DNA from: Anaeromyxobacteraceae bacterium
GTDB taxonomy: Bacteria > Myxococcota > Myxococcia > Myxococcales > Anaeromyxobacteraceae
NCBI GenBank assembly: GCA_032654565.1
Contig: JAULAX010000017.1
Coordinates: forward strand, 256,001 to 320,000
Direction of reading: 5' to 3'
DNA length: 64,000 nucleotides
Both the position numbers and the translations under genes were made by a program. The notes below the pieces were generated by a model, which made no database searches, had not been told where the DNA came from, and saw nothing but the letters and a program-made list of their open reading frames with translations. How positions within the stretch are numbered: the stretch's first letter is position 1; every line of letters begins with the position of its first letter. Below are positions 63,005 through 64,000 of the stretch, one piece after another.

Positions 63005-63812
63005 GCGCCGGGCCCAGCGTCACCAGCGCCGGGGCCCCGGCCGCGAAGCCCGTGGCCAGGCCGCCGAAGGACTGGATGACCGCGCCCGCCGCCAGCGAGA
63101 GCGCCCCGAAGAGGAGCATGGCCAGCAGGTAGACCGACGGCCGCGCCAGCACCCGGCTGGCGGCCTGCAGGATGGCCTCGACCGGCCCGTCGCCGCGCAC
63201 CGCGGTGCGGACCAGCGCCGCGTCGGCCACCGCCGAGGTCAGCAGCGCCACCAGCAGGGCCACCACCAGCGCCGCCGCCACCGCCGCCGCCAGCCCCACC
63301 CGCCCGCTGCCGGCGGCCGCCGCCGTGACCTGCACCGCCGCCCAGGCCACGCCGGCCAGGAAGAGCTGCCCGGTCCACTCCAGCGCCAGCGCCAGCGCCG
63401 CGGTGGGCAGCAGCCTCGGCAGCCCCCAGGCCACGCCGGCGGCGAAGCGCGGGGCACGGTCGTCACCGTCGGCCATGGCCCCGGCCAGCGTCGGCAGCGC
63501 CCCGGCCAGCAGCAGGAGCCGCAGCAGCCAGCCGAGCAGCGCCGCGCAGGCCGAGAGGGCCACCACCAGCCCCACCACCCGCGGCTGCGCCACGGTCCAG
63601 GCCGCCCCCAGCGCCGGCGCCTCGCCGGAGTACGGGGCCAGCTGGTGCGCCTGCCAGGCCCCGCGCGCCAGCAGGAGCAGCGCCACCGCCGCCGCCGGGA
63701 TCCCCAGGGCGCGGCGCAGCAGCGTGGTCAGCAGCCCGACCGCCACCAGCCAGCGCTGGCGCGCCAGCCCGGTCCAGCCCAGCCGCAGCGCTTCGCCCAG
63801 CGTCGACGCCAT
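62913..63812 (-). CDS. Hypothetical multi-pass membrane protein
   Basis: About 6 hydrophobic segments, GC3 bias; -10-like TAGCGT 6 nt upstream of ATG. Confidence 0.7.
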   Translation of the reverse strand: MASTLGEALRLGWTGLARQRWLVAVGLLTTLLRRALGIPAAAVALLLLARGAWQAHQLAPYSGEAPALGAAWTVAQPRVVGLVVALSACAALLGWLLRLLLLAGALPTLAGAMADGDDRAPRFAAGVAWGLPRLLPTAALALALEWTGQLFLAGVAWAAVQVTAAAAGSGRVGLAAAVAAALVVALLVALLTSAVADAALVRTAVRGDGPVEAILQAASRVLARPSVYLLAMLLFGALSLAAGAVIQSFGGLATGFAAGAPALVTLGPALMLAALVTTASAGLELWWLGSLVVLTAREG

Positions 63813-63979
63813 GTGGCCACGCTACCGGCAAGGGGCGCCTCGCGGCAACGGCGGCGAGGCCCGGACCACGCCGACGGGGCCGGTCCGGCGCTCCCGGGGA
63901 GGTCGGCGCACCCGGCGGCCGGCCGGGAACTTGCGGGTGACTGAACGGTGTGACAGGATACCCCTGTTCAGGAGGCCTC

Positions 63980-64000
63980 ATGACCGGCTTGACCGACCGC
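63980..64000 (+). CDS. Start of an unidentified gene, 3'-partial
   Basis: AGGAGG RBS then ATG 63980; GGAACTT ECF-like -35 at 63926-63932. Confidence 0.4.

Overview
Very GC-rich, densely coding chromosomal segment of a Myxococcota bacterium, most like Anaeromyxobacter (inferred from gene content, e.g. a PpcA-type triheme cytochrome, and myxobacterial-type hypothetical proteins). It appears to contain the replication terminus: a 28-bp dif site at 26338-26365, gene orientation mostly + before it and mostly - after it, and KOPS-like GGGNAGGG motifs pointing towards it. Most genes are housekeeping: hom, eno, thiC, a leucine-catabolism (liu-like) cluster, meaB, rnc, two cyclophilins, era, der, yfgM/bamB-like, dcp, ribA, acyl-CoA metabolism genes, mrp, rtcA, rluB-scpB-scpA-trpS, xerD, glnD, an amidase, mutS and an AarF kinase. 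I found no tRNA, rRNA, CRISPR array, transposase or prophage. The best candidate for an undescribed system is a three-gene ECF sigma / zinc anti-sigma module (37167-40154) whose third gene fuses two STN/secretin-N0-like domains, a bactofilin-like beta-helix and a multi-TM domain, preceded by a SigW-like promoter. Also notable: a HARE-HTH/degenerate-Mrr protein with a charged disordered tail, a dispersed ATTACTCTGGGAC repeat, a 64-bp exact tract shared by two acyl-CoA dehydrogenase paralogs, several probably leaderless genes, and a small envelope-protein islet with a collagen-like lipoprotein. All family calls are by motif recognition; no searches were run.
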